Assembly: GCA_963735555.1 (NCBI GenBank)
Contig: CAVTLP010000012.1
Location: forward strand, 90,504 to 154,503
Direction: 5' to 3'
Length of the DNA stretch: 64,000 nt
Source of the DNA: an uncultured Acidobacteriota bacterium
GTDB lineage: Bacteria; Acidobacteriota; Terriglobia; Terriglobales; Acidobacteriaceae
Shown here: positions 29,869 to 40,410 of the stretch, one piece after another
How the letters are laid out: every line of letters starts with the position of its first letter
Position numbering within the stretch: position 1 is the stretch's first letter
Position numbers and translations under genes: made by a program
The notes under the pieces: model-generated
The model's database searches: none
Told to the model about the DNA's origin: nothing
The model's input: only the letters and a program-made list of their open reading frames with translations

Positions 29869-31590
29869 CTAACTGCTTTGCGAGGGCGAATCGCTGAGCT
29901 TTGCAAACGCCGATCGCGCATCGTGCAGACGCGGGAAGATCCACGCCGCACCGATCTCCTCCGTGAGGTGATGCCGATCCAGGTCGGCCTTCAGGTCCCA
30001 CTGAACGCGAGCGAACGCCAGCTCGACATTGCATGAAACCAGCTCCTGCTTCACACGCCGTACCACCCTTGAAGCGGTGTAGTCCACATGCGTAATGGCT
30101 TCGGCGTCGACCACCAGCCAGCGAACCTGTGCCGCCGACGGATCCACGAGGTCTCTCACCTCCTTCGCGAACTGGTTGGCGTTCGCGTAGAAGAGAGCCG
30201 CCCCGAAACGATAGATCACCAGTCCCGGCTCCGTGACGGCGCCCGGCACTGCCGGAATCAATTTCCACATCTTGCTCTCGCCGGGAATCATCACTCCGGT
30301 CGTCGGGCGATAGCTGTGGTGCACAATGCGGAGCAGCGACATCACCATCGCCAGCACGATCCCTTGCTCGACTCCCCAGAGCACGACCACGGAGGCGGTC
30401 GTCACCGCCAGCACGTACTCCCCCGGGCTCTCCAGTCGAATCGTCCGCAACCCCCGCAAATCGATCAGCCGGACCGCGATAAGGAAGACGATCGCTCCCA
30501 GCACGCAATGGGGAAGGTATTCGAGCGGCCTGGTCAGAAAGAGCAGCACCAGCGCTACGACCGCCGCGGTGGCGATCTGCGCCATCTGGCTCTGACCGCC
30601 CGAGCTCTCGACCATCGCCGTCTGCGTCGGACTTCCGTTCACCACGAACGTACCGCTCAGGGCCGCGACCGCATTGGCCGCCGAAAGGCCGACCAGGTCC
30701 CGGTTCTCGTCCAGCTCCTGATGATGGCGCTCCGCGTAGATCCGTGCCGTAGCCGCGCTCTGCGCAATGATCATCACCGCGCACGACGCCGACACCCCGA
30801 TCAGAGGCTCAGCTTCCTTCCATCCCACCCAGGCGAGGCCGAGGCGCGGCAGCCCCCCCGTCACTGGCCCGATCACGTCGATGCCATGCGCTGCGAAATG
30901 CCACCGGGCGCTCGCCGCCATCGCGGCCGCCACGGCAATGAGCGATGCCGGCATCCTCGGCCCTAGGCGCCTCAGAGCGAGGATGCCTCCCACGGTCAGC
31001 GCGGAAAGGGCCAGGGTGGGAAGTTGGACCTGGGGCAGGTGGTGAAAAATCTCCGCAAGTTGCACGATCGAATTCCGGGAATGCACCTGAATCCCCAGCA
31101 TCTCGCCGAGAACAGCGATCCCGACTTGAAATCCTACCCCGGTCAGGAACCCGACCAGCACCGTCTGCGAGAGGAAATCGGCGAGAAATCCCAGCCTCAG
31201 CAGCCTCGCCAGCAGCAGGAAGCAAGCGGTCAGAAGCGCAACCGTGGCCGCCAATGCCATGTATTTCGCACTTCCCGAGGGAGCCGTCCCGGAGATCCCG
31301 CCGGCAAGAATCGCTGCCGTTGCCGAGTCGGCGGCGACCACCAGGTACCGCGACGAACCGAACGTTGCGAACGCCACCAGCGGCAGCAGCAGAGTGTAGA
31401 GCCCGGTTACAACCGGTGTCCCGGCGATCCTGGTGTAACCAAGCGCCTGCGGAATATTGACCGCTGCCAGTTGTATCCCGGCGAGGGCGTCGCGGATCAC
31501 GCCCGCGCGGCTCAGTGGCCGCACGCTTTGGAAGAAGCCATCCCATGCGAACTTCCACCGGGACCCGTTTGTCTGCGTCCGATCGTCCAC
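29869..31590 (-). CDS. SulP family inorganic anion transporter with STAS domain
   Basis: DALAGI..NIPQALGY, GLYTLLLP, GFLTGVG, VVNGSPTQT; C-terminal STAS (YRFGAALFYANA, VVDAEAITHVD). Confidence 0.95.
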   Translation of the reverse strand: MDDRTQTNGSRWKFAWDGFFQSVRPLSRAGVIRDALAGIQLAAVNIPQALGYTRIAGTPVVTGLYTLLLPLVAFATFGSSRYLVVAADSATAAILAGGISGTAPSGSAKYMALAATVALLTACFLLLARLLRLGFLADFLSQTVLVGFLTGVGFQVGIAVLGEMLGIQVHSRNSIVQLAEIFHHLPQVQLPTLALSALTVGGILALRRLGPRMPASLIAVAAAMAASARWHFAAHGIDVIGPVTGGLPRLGLAWVGWKEAEPLIGVSASCAVMIIAQSAATARIYAERHHQELDENRDLVGLSAANAVAALSGTFVVNGSPTQTAMVESSGGQSQMAQIATAAVVALVLLFLTRPLEYLPHCVLGAIVFLIAVRLIDLRGLRTIRLESPGEYVLAVTTASVVVLWGVEQGIVLAMVMSLLRIVHHSYRPTTGVMIPGESKMWKLIPAVPGAVTEPGLVIYRFGAALFYANANQFAKEVRDLVDPSAAQVRWLVVDAEAITHVDYTASRVVRRVKQELVSCNVELAFARVQWDLKADLDRHHLTEEIGAAWIFPRLHDARSAFAKLSDSPSQSS

Positions 31591-31621
31591 TCGAAGAATT
31601 TAGCCCTCAGATATTGGCTTC

Positions 31622-32818
31622 TCAGATCTTGATAAAGATACGCCGGCGATACAGCACATACACAGGCAGCCAGCAGACGGCGACGAAGCCGAGCGAATAG
31701 AGCAACGACGCAAAGGCCGGATCGGGCACAACGCTGAGAATGGAGTGGTAGAGCCACTGCTGCACGTTGCCGCCCGAGCCAACATGAATATTGTCAATCG
31801 CCCCAGCCAGCAGCTCGGAGAAGACGTAGGCGGTGATCGCATTCGAACCGAAGACCAGCAGCGGCATGAAGCGGCGCGACCGACGCCCACGGTCCTCGCT
31901 GCTTGCCTCCGAACCCCGAATATCGACGATCCAGATCGAGAGGGCGAGCAGCAGCAGGCCAAACCCGGCAGCGAAAAGAACGAAGGAGCTGGTCCACAAC
32001 TTCTTATTGAGCGGGAACCAGAAATTCCAGAGACCGCCCAGCAGAACACCCGTTGCACCGGCGATGGCGAGGCCGCGCGCCTTCTGTGCGAGACTTCGAC
32101 CGGTGCGCAGCCAAATCCCGGCAAGTATCCCGAAAAGAGCAGTGCTTAATGCCGGAATCGTGCTGAGCAGACCCTCGGGGTCGCGCGTGCCTTCGTAAAG
32201 ATGAGAGGCTGAGAAGACTTGCCGATCGATCCATGCGGCCAGATTGCCGTCGCGGTCGAGGAAGGGAACATCGTGCCCGGGAAGTCCATACCCGGGAACC
32301 GGCACAAACCGCATCAGCGCCCAGTAAGCCACGAGCGCTGTTACCGCAAGCACAGCCTTGCTGCGCCACTTCGGGCTGAGGAGATAGAGCGTGGCCACCA
32401 CGAAGTAACAGATGGCGATGCGCGGAAGGACACCATAGTAGCGCAGGGTATGCAGGTTGAAATGCGGAAAGCTGTTCACCAGCAACCCAAGCAGGAAGAG
32501 GGTCAAGGCGCGACGCAGCGTATGCAAAAAGATCGACTGTTTGCTGGCTCCCTGGGCAAGGCGCGATTCCGTCGAAAAAACAGTGGAGATGCCAACGAGA
32601 AACAGAAATGTAGGGAAGACAAGATCGGTCGGCGTAAAGCCGTTCCAGTCGGCATGCTTGAGCGCCCAGTAAGCCCGCGATCCATCGCCGTTGTTATTGA
32701 CGAGAATCATGAAGCCGATATCCAGCCCGCGCAATACATCGAGCGAAAGCATCCGGCCTGGTCTGGTTGTGGCGGGCGACGGATTAGGCTGAGTGACGGT
32801 TGTGCTCGGCGCGCTCAT
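31622..32818 (-). CDS. Heparan-alpha-glucosaminide N-acetyltransferase-like membrane protein (DUF5009/NagX family)
   Basis: SLDVLRG..MILVNN..HADWNGFTPTDLVFPTFLFLVG, GVLPRIA, DPEGLLSTIPA, PLNKKLWTSSFVL. Confidence 0.9.
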   Translation of the reverse strand: MSAPSTTVTQPNPSPATTRPGRMLSLDVLRGLDIGFMILVNNNGDGSRAYWALKHADWNGFTPTDLVFPTFLFLVGISTVFSTESRLAQGASKQSIFLHTLRRALTLFLLGLLVNSFPHFNLHTLRYYGVLPRIAICYFVVATLYLLSPKWRSKAVLAVTALVAYWALMRFVPVPGYGLPGHDVPFLDRDGNLAAWIDRQVFSASHLYEGTRDPEGLLSTIPALSTALFGILAGIWLRTGRSLAQKARGLAIAGATGVLLGGLWNFWFPLNKKLWTSSFVLFAAGFGLLLLALSIWIVDIRGSEASSEDRGRRSRRFMPLLVFGSNAITAYVFSELLAGAIDNIHVGSGGNVQQWLYHSILSVVPDPAFASLLYSLGFVAVCWLPVYVLYRRRIFIKI

Positions 32819-32924
32819 TGTTTCGACTCCATGCCTGCCGATACGGCAAAGGCTTCGGTAACTTTACCTGACTTGCACCACGTATGCGAGAGGAGTCAGG
32901 CGAAGTGAGTTTGGAAAATAACTT

Positions 32925-33329
32925 TCAGTAACGTTTGACGCGCATGATCTTCCAGACGGGCTCGTTGTCGGCATAAATGCGCCATTCGGCAATGTGTTCG
33001 TCCCGGACAACGGCTTTCCAGGCTGCATTTATTCTCCAATAGTTCTCTGGAAGCAGCTTGCCCCCCACAAAGTAGGTGCCTTGTGCCGAGCCGAAGAGGG
33101 CGGCAACGGAATTGCTGCCGAGAGTGTCATCCACTGTAATCGAGTAGTCGGGGAACCAAGAGAAGTAAGCTCGCCATCCCCTTTCGATTTGTCTGCGACC
33201 GTAAACTTCCTGGCCCAGTCCGTCAACGAAAAGGTGATCTTCGGTCATCAGGGCGGACAAGCCGCGCACATCGTGAGAGTTGATCTGGTCGATAAAGGCC
33301 AGGGCGATGTCGATTGCAGCTTTCTTCAT
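32925..33329 (-). CDS. SnoaL/NTF2-like domain protein
   Basis: AFIDQINSHDVRGLSALMTEDHLFVD..W..YFSWFPDY..IAEWRIYADN. Confidence 0.8.
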   Translation of the reverse strand: MKKAAIDIALAFIDQINSHDVRGLSALMTEDHLFVDGLGQEVYGRRQIERGWRAYFSWFPDYSITVDDTLGSNSVAALFGSAQGTYFVGGKLLPENYWRINAAWKAVVRDEHIAEWRIYADNEPVWKIMRVKRY

Positions 33330-33407
33330 TGCTGAACTGCCTCTGCGAGATTCTACGTCTTTCTTGTCCTGGAAGCAGAGACCTTTCAAGCAAATCTGCG
33401 CTTGCTG

Positions 33408-35397
33408 CTACTCAGTATCAGGCCGCTTGTACGGCACCTGGAGGTAGTGGCGGGCTTCATTGAGTGCCCCCGCGGTATTGTCGTTGGTCTGGATGGCCTG
33501 CCGATATTCTGGGACCGCGCGATCGCGCTGGCCGGTAACGTCGAAGATTTTGCCGATCTGGACGTGACTCCAGACTTCCGTCCATTTGGGATCGTCGTCG
33601 CCGCGCAGGCAGTCGCGGTAGGCGTTGATGGCGGCCTGGTAGTTATGCTGCGTGAAGAAGATTTCTGCGATGCGATAGTTGGCGAGCGAGCTTTGCGGGT
33701 TGGCTTGGAGGGCCTTCTGGTACTCAGCGAGAGCGCCAGTGATGTCGCCCTGCGCTACTAGTTGCTGGCCTTTGAGAATGGCCACCCGAACCTGCATGCC
33801 CGGAGTCGATTTAAGGACCCAGTTGTCAGGATCGATCAGGACGTGGCGCGGCCGTCCAAACGTGTCGATCACATATTGCGAATCCGTTCCAACAACGGAG
33901 ATGCGCTTGTTTTCCGTCTTGCCGTCTGTTTCAATGCGCAGATCGACGGGCATATTGAAGAGATCGAGATCCTGCTGGATCTCCCCAATGGTGCGGAAGC
34001 CCTTGTTGTTGCCGAGGCGGTAAATGGCGTACTTGTTCGTGAATGTCGGAGCCCCGGTGCCGTCGAGCCACTGGGAGAAGAAGGGCGTGAGCTGCTGCTG
34101 CGATTGCGCTTCGGCTACCTTCTCGAAATCGGTGGTTCGAATGCCCTTGTCGGCATATTGCGAGAGTGCGGCGCGAAGAATCTTGATAAAGCTGTCATCG
34201 CCGACTTCCCAGCGAAGCATGTGAAAGACGATCGCTCCCTTTTCGAGCGTCATGGACTGGAATTCCGGCGAAAATACGCTCAGCCGGCCCGCGCTGGAGA
34301 GCGGGATGGTGTCATACGCCAGTGCTCCCGCGGACACATCGAGAATCGCGGCGTCCATCGCGGATCTGCCGGCGGCGTCTTCGAGGTACATCAGCTCGCC
34401 GTAGCGCGACATACCGTTCGTGATCCACGCATCGTTGAGCGTAGCTGGGCTCACCTGGCTGCCCCACCATTGATGCGCGATGGTGTTGGACAGGAGCCGA
34501 AAGTCGGTCTTGCCCCCGATGCGGTTGCCGGCTACGGCCGCGATTTCCGGCGCCCAGTATGAAGGCACCGTGTCATCGGGCAGCTCGACGACATTCATCG
34601 TGCTCGATTCCGGTAGCCCGAAGCTCGATGTGAAGTAGGCAAAAACGCGCAGCGTCGTCTGCGCATAATCGGCGGCTGCGGCCTTGTGCGCGTCAGTGGT
34701 ATAGACGTGGATATTCGGCGCTGGCGAGACCGGCGGGTTGAACTTGCCCGCTAGGATCGTGCCAGGGAAGCCGGGCTTCTTCCAGCTGAAGTCGTACTCG
34801 TTTTCGCCGTTCCCGGCCGGCTTGGAACTGCCCTTGCGATCCGCTGCCGATGACCTGGTAGCCCGTCGGGACCTTGACGTGAATATCGGCCGTGAAGCGG
34901 TCGGTCTGGTAGCCGACCATCGGGAACCACCGTCCGCCGTAGAGCAGATACGACGTCGGATCGCCGACGTAGGCAAGTTTGAGGCCCTCGACCGGGCCGC
35001 CGGCGTCGCTCTCAAGTGCTCCGGAATAGTAGAAGGTCCATGTATAGGTCTGGCCTTTGCTCAGCGGCTGCTGCGGAGTAATGCGTAGAGACGCCTCAGC
35101 TCCGCGCTCGCCATTGATCGGCAGGTTTTTCGCATCGGTGACCTTATCGACTTTGAGCGCGCCGTGGAGCTCGAACACTGCCGTCTCCATCGGCTCGAGC
35201 GCCGTGAAGGTGACGCGAGTGACCGCGGTCAGGATGTGACTCTGGGGCTTTAGCTCGGCGTCGATGTTGTAAGCGGTGATCTGAATCGGGAGCTTCTGCG
35301 CGCGGAGGTGCGGCGCGGCTACGAGAAGTGCAGCGAGGAGAACGAAGACGGTACGGGCAGGGAATGCGGGCCGGCGTGCAGAGCGGGATGTCGTCAT
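33408..35397 (-). CDS. M1 aminopeptidase-like protein with C-terminal TPR, degenerate active site (one frameshift near 34835)
   Basis: Signal peptide, M1 N-terminal beta domain, NTIAHQWWG..NDAWITNG, KGAIVFHMLR..FFSQWL, TPR tail. Confidence 0.85.
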
Positions 35398-35422
35398 GGC
35401 TTTCGAGTTATTTTTCCTGACG

Positions 35423-36622
35423 CTACTGGCTGATCCTAACGGTATTTTGGTGAAGCACTTCAAGTGTGATGCCTGCAACGCGGTCGATTGCGGATTCGCC
35501 GCCGCGATTGCCTTCGGCCTTGAGCATACCCGATATTTCGTGCAGGCTGGCGAGCATGCCCGCGCGAGGTCGCCCTTCGTCCAAAAGCGGTTGTAGCTGT
35601 GAGACGACATTTTCAGCCGTAAAGTCACCCTGGATAAGCTCAGGGACCGCGCGGCGTCCTGCAATAAGATTCACCATGGCAACATGCGGCACGTCAACGA
35701 CGCGCTTGGCGACGGCGTAGCTCAGCGGCGAAACCCGATAGACCACGACAAAGGGATTGCCGATGAGCGCAGCTTCGACCGTAGCCGTTCCGCTGGCCAC
35801 AATGCTGGCCCGGGCATGTTGGAGTGTCGCTCGGGCGTCATTCGTGATCGTGATGCGCGGTACTTCCGGAAGCATTGTCCGGACTTCGGCTTGTTGCGCT
35901 TCGGTCAGCGTTGGAGCGAGGGGGAGAAGAAATTCGTAGTCGCCCCCTTTCTTGAGGAGCGCCGCGGCGTGCAGCATTTCCGGCAGATTGAGGCGGATTT
36001 CCCTGGGACGACTGCCGGGGAGCAGGCCTATCCATTGCTTGTTCGGGTCCAAATCGTTGGACGGATCGAGGCCGCTTTCGCGAGCGAAGGCTTCACGCGA
36101 GATCGTAGGCGGGGGCAGATCGGCGAGCGGGTGACCAACATAGGTGGCCTGCACCTTGCGGTCGCGGTAGAACCCTTCTTCAAAAGGAAAGATCACGAGC
36201 ATGCGATCGACATAACGCTGGACTTCGCGGATGCGGTATTTCTTCCAGGCCCAGAGCTGCGGCGAAACAAAGTAGATCACCGGAACCCCTGCCCGCTTGA
36301 GGTGCCTGGCCAGAGACAGGTTCACATCGGGAAAGTCGATAAGGATCGCGACATCCGGTTTTTCGGCTGCAATCGAGGCTTTCAGCCGCCGGTACTCGCC
36401 ATAGATACGCGGCATGTGCCGGATGACTTCGGTGATGCCCATGACCGCCACATCCTCGGCGCGGACGATACGCCGGAATCCAAGGGCTTCCATCCGCTGT
36501 CCGCCCAGACCGAAGAACTCTGCGCTAGGGTCGAGCCGGCGGATGGCGGCGATAAGCGACGCACCGTAATGTTCGCCGCTGGCCTCTCCGGCGGAGAGAA
36601 AGATTCTGGGATTCGGGCTCAT
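35423..36622 (-). CDS. lpxB: Lipid-A-disaccharide synthase
   Basis: SAGEASGE, IDFPDVN, YFVSPQLWAW, IFPFE, YVGHPL, LLPGSR, SGTATVE, PELIQ. Confidence 0.97.
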   Translation of the reverse strand: MSPNPRIFLSAGEASGEHYGASLIAAIRRLDPSAEFFGLGGQRMEALGFRRIVRAEDVAVMGITEVIRHMPRIYGEYRRLKASIAAEKPDVAILIDFPDVNLSLARHLKRAGVPVIYFVSPQLWAWKKYRIREVQRYVDRMLVIFPFEEGFYRDRKVQATYVGHPLADLPPPTISREAFARESGLDPSNDLDPNKQWIGLLPGSRPREIRLNLPEMLHAAALLKKGGDYEFLLPLAPTLTEAQQAEVRTMLPEVPRITITNDARATLQHARASIVASGTATVEAALIGNPFVVVYRVSPLSYAVAKRVVDVPHVAMVNLIAGRRAVPELIQGDFTAENVVSQLQPLLDEGRPRAGMLASLHEISGMLKAEGNRGGESAIDRVAGITLEVLHQNTVRISQ

Positions 36623-36630
36623 CGCGTGAG

Positions 36631-36846
36631 CTAGCTGTCCTTGCGGTAGAGCAGGTCGCGGATCGCGTTTCGGCGGGCCTCATTCATTTCTTTCGGGGTG
36701 CGGTCGCCGCCATCTGCGCGGCTTGCGGTCGAATCTTCGGCCTCAGAGACGCTGCACTCCGGACAGCGGTTAGCGAAGCCGGGTTTGTCCGGCTTTAGTT
36801 CGAACTCCTCCGAGCATACGACGCATACTTTGATGGGGAACGGCAT
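36631..36846 (-). CDS. Small CxxC..CxxC zinc-ribbon protein
   Basis: MPFPIKVCVVCSEEFELKPDKPGFANRCPECS, directly upstream of lpxB. Confidence 0.65.
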   Translation of the reverse strand: MPFPIKVCVVCSEEFELKPDKPGFANRCPECSVSEAEDSTASRADGGDRTPKEMNEARRNAIRDLLYRKDS

Positions 36847-36991
36847 AACTCTTCCATGATAGGACTTTCCGTTCATCCGATCCACGATGGCCAGCCTCTC
36901 AGCGCAGGGCATATCACTTTATACTCATTACAAAAAGCGAGATCAGGTTCGCATCGTCGTTTCGGTGTCGATCCTGCCTTTTGAGGAGTTT

Positions 36992-37567
36992 ATGTCCGCA
37001 CTGATTGATGCCATCGATATCAAGCGCAAGGCGTATTTCGAGTTCGAGAGCGCACCCTACTACTGCCTGGAGGCGGACGTGTCCACGCCCACCGCTCGCG
37101 GCGGACAGACGCTGGTGCATCTGAAGATGCGCAACCTGCTTACCCAGGCTGTCTTTCAGAAGACGTTCAAGGCAGGCGACAAGTTAAAGGAGCCGGACCT
37201 CGAGATCGTCCCGGCCTCCTACCTGTATAGCGACGGCGATGGATCGCACTTCCTGGACCAGGAGAGCTTCGAGACCCTCACGCTGGACGAGGAGATGGTG
37301 GGCAATGCGCTCGATTTTCTGGTGGAGGGCGCGCTGATCCAGCTCCACAAATACAACGGCAATCCCATCGGCCTGCAGCTGCCTCTCTTTGTAGAGTTGA
37401 CGGTGACGTATGCAGAGCCGGGCGCGCGGGGGAACTCGTCGGGCGGAAGCGTCACCAAAACAGTCCGCCTGGAGACAGGACTCGAGATTGGTGTGCCCCT
37501 CTTCATCAAGGAAGGGGAGAAAGTTCGGGTCTCTACCGAGAATCGCGAGTTTGCCGGGCGAGCTTGA
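36992..37567 (+). CDS. efp: Elongation factor P-like protein (EfpL/YeiP-type loop)
   Basis: GAGGAG RBS. EF-P fold motifs YLYSDGD..FLDQESFE, EPG..G, LETG..VPLFIKEGE. Loop sequence is PTARGG. Confidence 0.88.
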   Translation: MSALIDAIDIKRKAYFEFESAPYYCLEADVSTPTARGGQTLVHLKMRNLLTQAVFQKTFKAGDKLKEPDLEIVPASYLYSDGDGSHFLDQESFETLTLDEEMVGNALDFLVEGALIQLHKYNGNPIGLQLPLFVELTVTYAEPGARGNSSGGSVTKTVRLETGLEIGVPLFIKEGEKVRVSTENREFAGRA

Positions 37568-37595
37568 GGGGCTGAACCTATGGGCGCGAATTGCT

Positions 37596-38013
37596 TCACG
37601 CTGAGATAAGGGACTGCAAGGCTTCACTTACGGAAATGATCCGGCAGCCTTCATATTCTGCCAGCATCAGCAAGGTGCGATCTCCCGTGACGATGAAGTC
37701 AGCCTTCGCGGCAAGCGCCGTGCCGATGACCACATCATCATCCGGATCGGGCGCAATGCGCGGCACTGGAATGGGACGCACCAGAGCAACCAGTTCGGAA
37801 TAGAGGTCAACCAACTGGTCAACTGAAAGCAGAGAAGCGGCAATCTTCTTCTCAAATTTAGATCGGGAAAGAATATCCGTCAGCTCAGCAAGCAGCGCCG
37901 CACTCGTAACAAACTGGACATCTTTGCGGCGTCCAACACGCAAGAGCTGCCTTGGGGCGCCGTCCCACAATAGAGCTGATGCGACAACATTTGTGTCCAG
38001 GACGACTTCGCAT
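37596..38013 (-). CDS. PIN-domain toxin (PIN_3 family; 1-nt indel after start)
   Basis: MR-VVLDTNVVASALLW..LAELTDIL..DPDDDVVIGTALAAKADFIVTGDRTLL. TAATG coupling to the antitoxin. Confidence 0.88.
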
Positions 38014-38258
38014 TAGCTGGGTTTGTGTGCACGTCTCCCAGAACGCATGGCTGCGATCTCTTCCGCAACTGCTTCGGGCGACATGATTGCCGGGTCGTCC
38101 ACGGCGCTCATACGCTCCATCGCTGAAAACAACTCATCGACACGTTGCGCTCTTAGGTGCTCGCGAAGCAGTTTCTCCAGAAACTCAGGGGATAACAGCC
38201 CGGCACGTTGCGCGTCTTGTGCTAGTTGGTCAGGCAATGTGATCTTGACAGTAGTCAT
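38013..38258 (-). CDS. Putative antitoxin
   Basis: 81 aa, MTTVKITLPDQLAQDAQRAGLL (RHH-like), directly upstream of the PIN toxin. Confidence 0.75.
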   Translation of the reverse strand: MTTVKITLPDQLAQDAQRAGLLSPEFLEKLLREHLRAQRVDELFSAMERMSAVDDPAIMSPEAVAEEIAAMRSGRRAHKPS

Positions 38259-38335
38259 TCTGTATTTCCTGAGGAATTGCTGCCTTCACCTTCATCGTAA
38301 CCGACCGGAAAGTGAAATGTCACAGCCGCCAGTTC

Positions 38336-40325
38336 CTAATCCGTCCCCAGCGCCAGCGACGGAGTCAGCCCGTCCTGTGGCAGCCCGAGTTCCTGGTCCT
38401 TATATTGCAGTTGATAGAGCTTCCAGTAGATGCCCCGTCGAGCCAGCAGCTCCTGGTGGCTGCCCATCTCGCGCAGTTGGCCTTTGTGCATCACGAGAAT
38501 GCTGTCGGCTTGCTGGATCGTGGACAGGCGATGCGCGATCACTACCGAGGTCCGCCCTCGGATCATCCGTTCGAGCGCCAGGCGAACGCGGAGTCTCGGT
38601 GTCGGTGTCGACCGAGGAGGTGGCTTCGTCGAGAATCAGAATACGCGGGTTGTGAGCCAGGGCTCGTGCAAAATTGATGAGCTGCTTTTGTCCGGTCGAA
38701 AGCGAGTTGCCCCGTTCGCGGAGCGCTTCGTCGTAGCCGCCCGGGAGCGACGTGATGAAGTCGTGAATGTTCACCTGCTCGGCTGCCGCGCGCATCTGTT
38801 CATCCGTGATCGAAGCCGTGCCCATGCGGATGTTGCTGCCGATCGTGCCGCTGAAGAGCACCGGGTCCTGCAGCACCACGCCGAAATGCTGGCGGAGTCT
38901 CAACAGGTCGTGCTCGCGAACATCGACGCCATCGATCAAAATCTGCCCGTGCTGAATGTCATAGAAGCGCATCATCAGGCTGATGATCGTCGATTTGCCC
39001 GCGCCCGTATGGCCGACGATCGCCGCCGTCTGGTCCGGGTCGATGGAGAACGACACGCCGCGCAGGATCCACTCGATATCGTGCATCGCAGCCAGTTCTT
39101 CCGGCGTCGAGCGCGCCACCCGCGCCCTGGTCTCTTCGTCGAGCCGCTGATAGGTGAACCAGACGTTCCGAAATTCGATGCTGCCGGAGTTGTCTGTCTG
39201 CTTTGCGTGTGCTGGCGAGACAATTTCCGGTTCGCGTATCGATGAGCTTGAAGACGCGCTCGCTGGCAGCCATGGCGGCCTGCAGAATGTTGTACTTCTC
39301 GCTGAGGTCCTGTATCGGACGGAAGAACCGTTGCGCGTACTGGATAAACGCAACCAGCACGCCGATTGAAACCGCGCCGCGCAGCACGCCGCGTCCGCCG
39401 ATCCAGATCACCATGCGCGATCGCGATCGAGCTGAGAATCTCGACTACCGGATAGTACAGCGCGTAGGCCAGGATCGAATCCTTGAAGGCGACCAGGTGC
39501 GTGCGGTTGACGGCTTCGAAGTCCTTGTAGGCGCGTTGCTGCCGGTTGAAGAGCTGTACCAGGCTCATGCCGGTAACGTGTTCCTGCGTGTAGCTGTTGA
39601 TCCGCGCAATTGCGGTGCGAATGCGCCGGTAGCGAATCCCGCACATACTTCCGGAAGATGCGCGTGGCGATGAGAATGAGCGGCAGCACCGAGAACGCCA
39701 GCAGCGCCAGCCACCACTTCATGCGCAGCATCACGAAGACGATCCCGGCGAGAACAAAGACGTCCTCAAAGATCGCGAAGACGCCCGAGGTGAACATCTC
39801 GTTGAGCGCGTCGACATCGCTCGTCAGTCGCGTGACCAGCCGGCCCGACCGGATTGCGGTCGTAGAAGCCGATGTGCATGCGCTGCAGGTGGCCGAAGAT
39901 CTGCCGCCGCATGTCGAACATGATCTTCTGGCCCGGTCCACTGCATCAGGTAGGTCTGAATAAACTCGAGCGCGAAACTCAGCAGCAGCGAGCCAAGGTA
40001 GATCAAGCACGATCTGCGTGATGCCCGCGCACCGGATCGCGGCTGAGCCACGCGCGCCAGAAATCGCGCCTGCGCGGCGTGGGCTTCGCCGTCATGTAGC
40101 GGTCGATGGCGACTTCCGTCAGATAGGGCCCGAGGACATCGCACGCAGCCTTGATGAGGATCGCCGCAAGCGAGATAAACGCCGCCCACTTGTAGGGATA
40201 GAGATAGGTAAGCAGACGGCGCATCAGACGGCCGTCATAGGCCTTGCCGATGACGTCTTCATCCTGCTGCCGCGGCCGGCTTTTTCTTTGCTCCTGCGGG
40301 CTTCTTTTTGTCTGAATCCGGCCAT
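38336..40325 (-). CDS. ABC exporter, fused permease/ATPase (MsbA/MdlB-like; frameshifted)
   Basis: [51 protein letters not shown]. Confidence 0.92.
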
Positions 40326-40410
40326 GAGCGCTGCTTCTATCTTAAATGGAGCGTGACTCCATGGGCATCATCGGATGCCCCTTTCGTCTCAAGTGCGAGA
40401 ATAATCGCAG

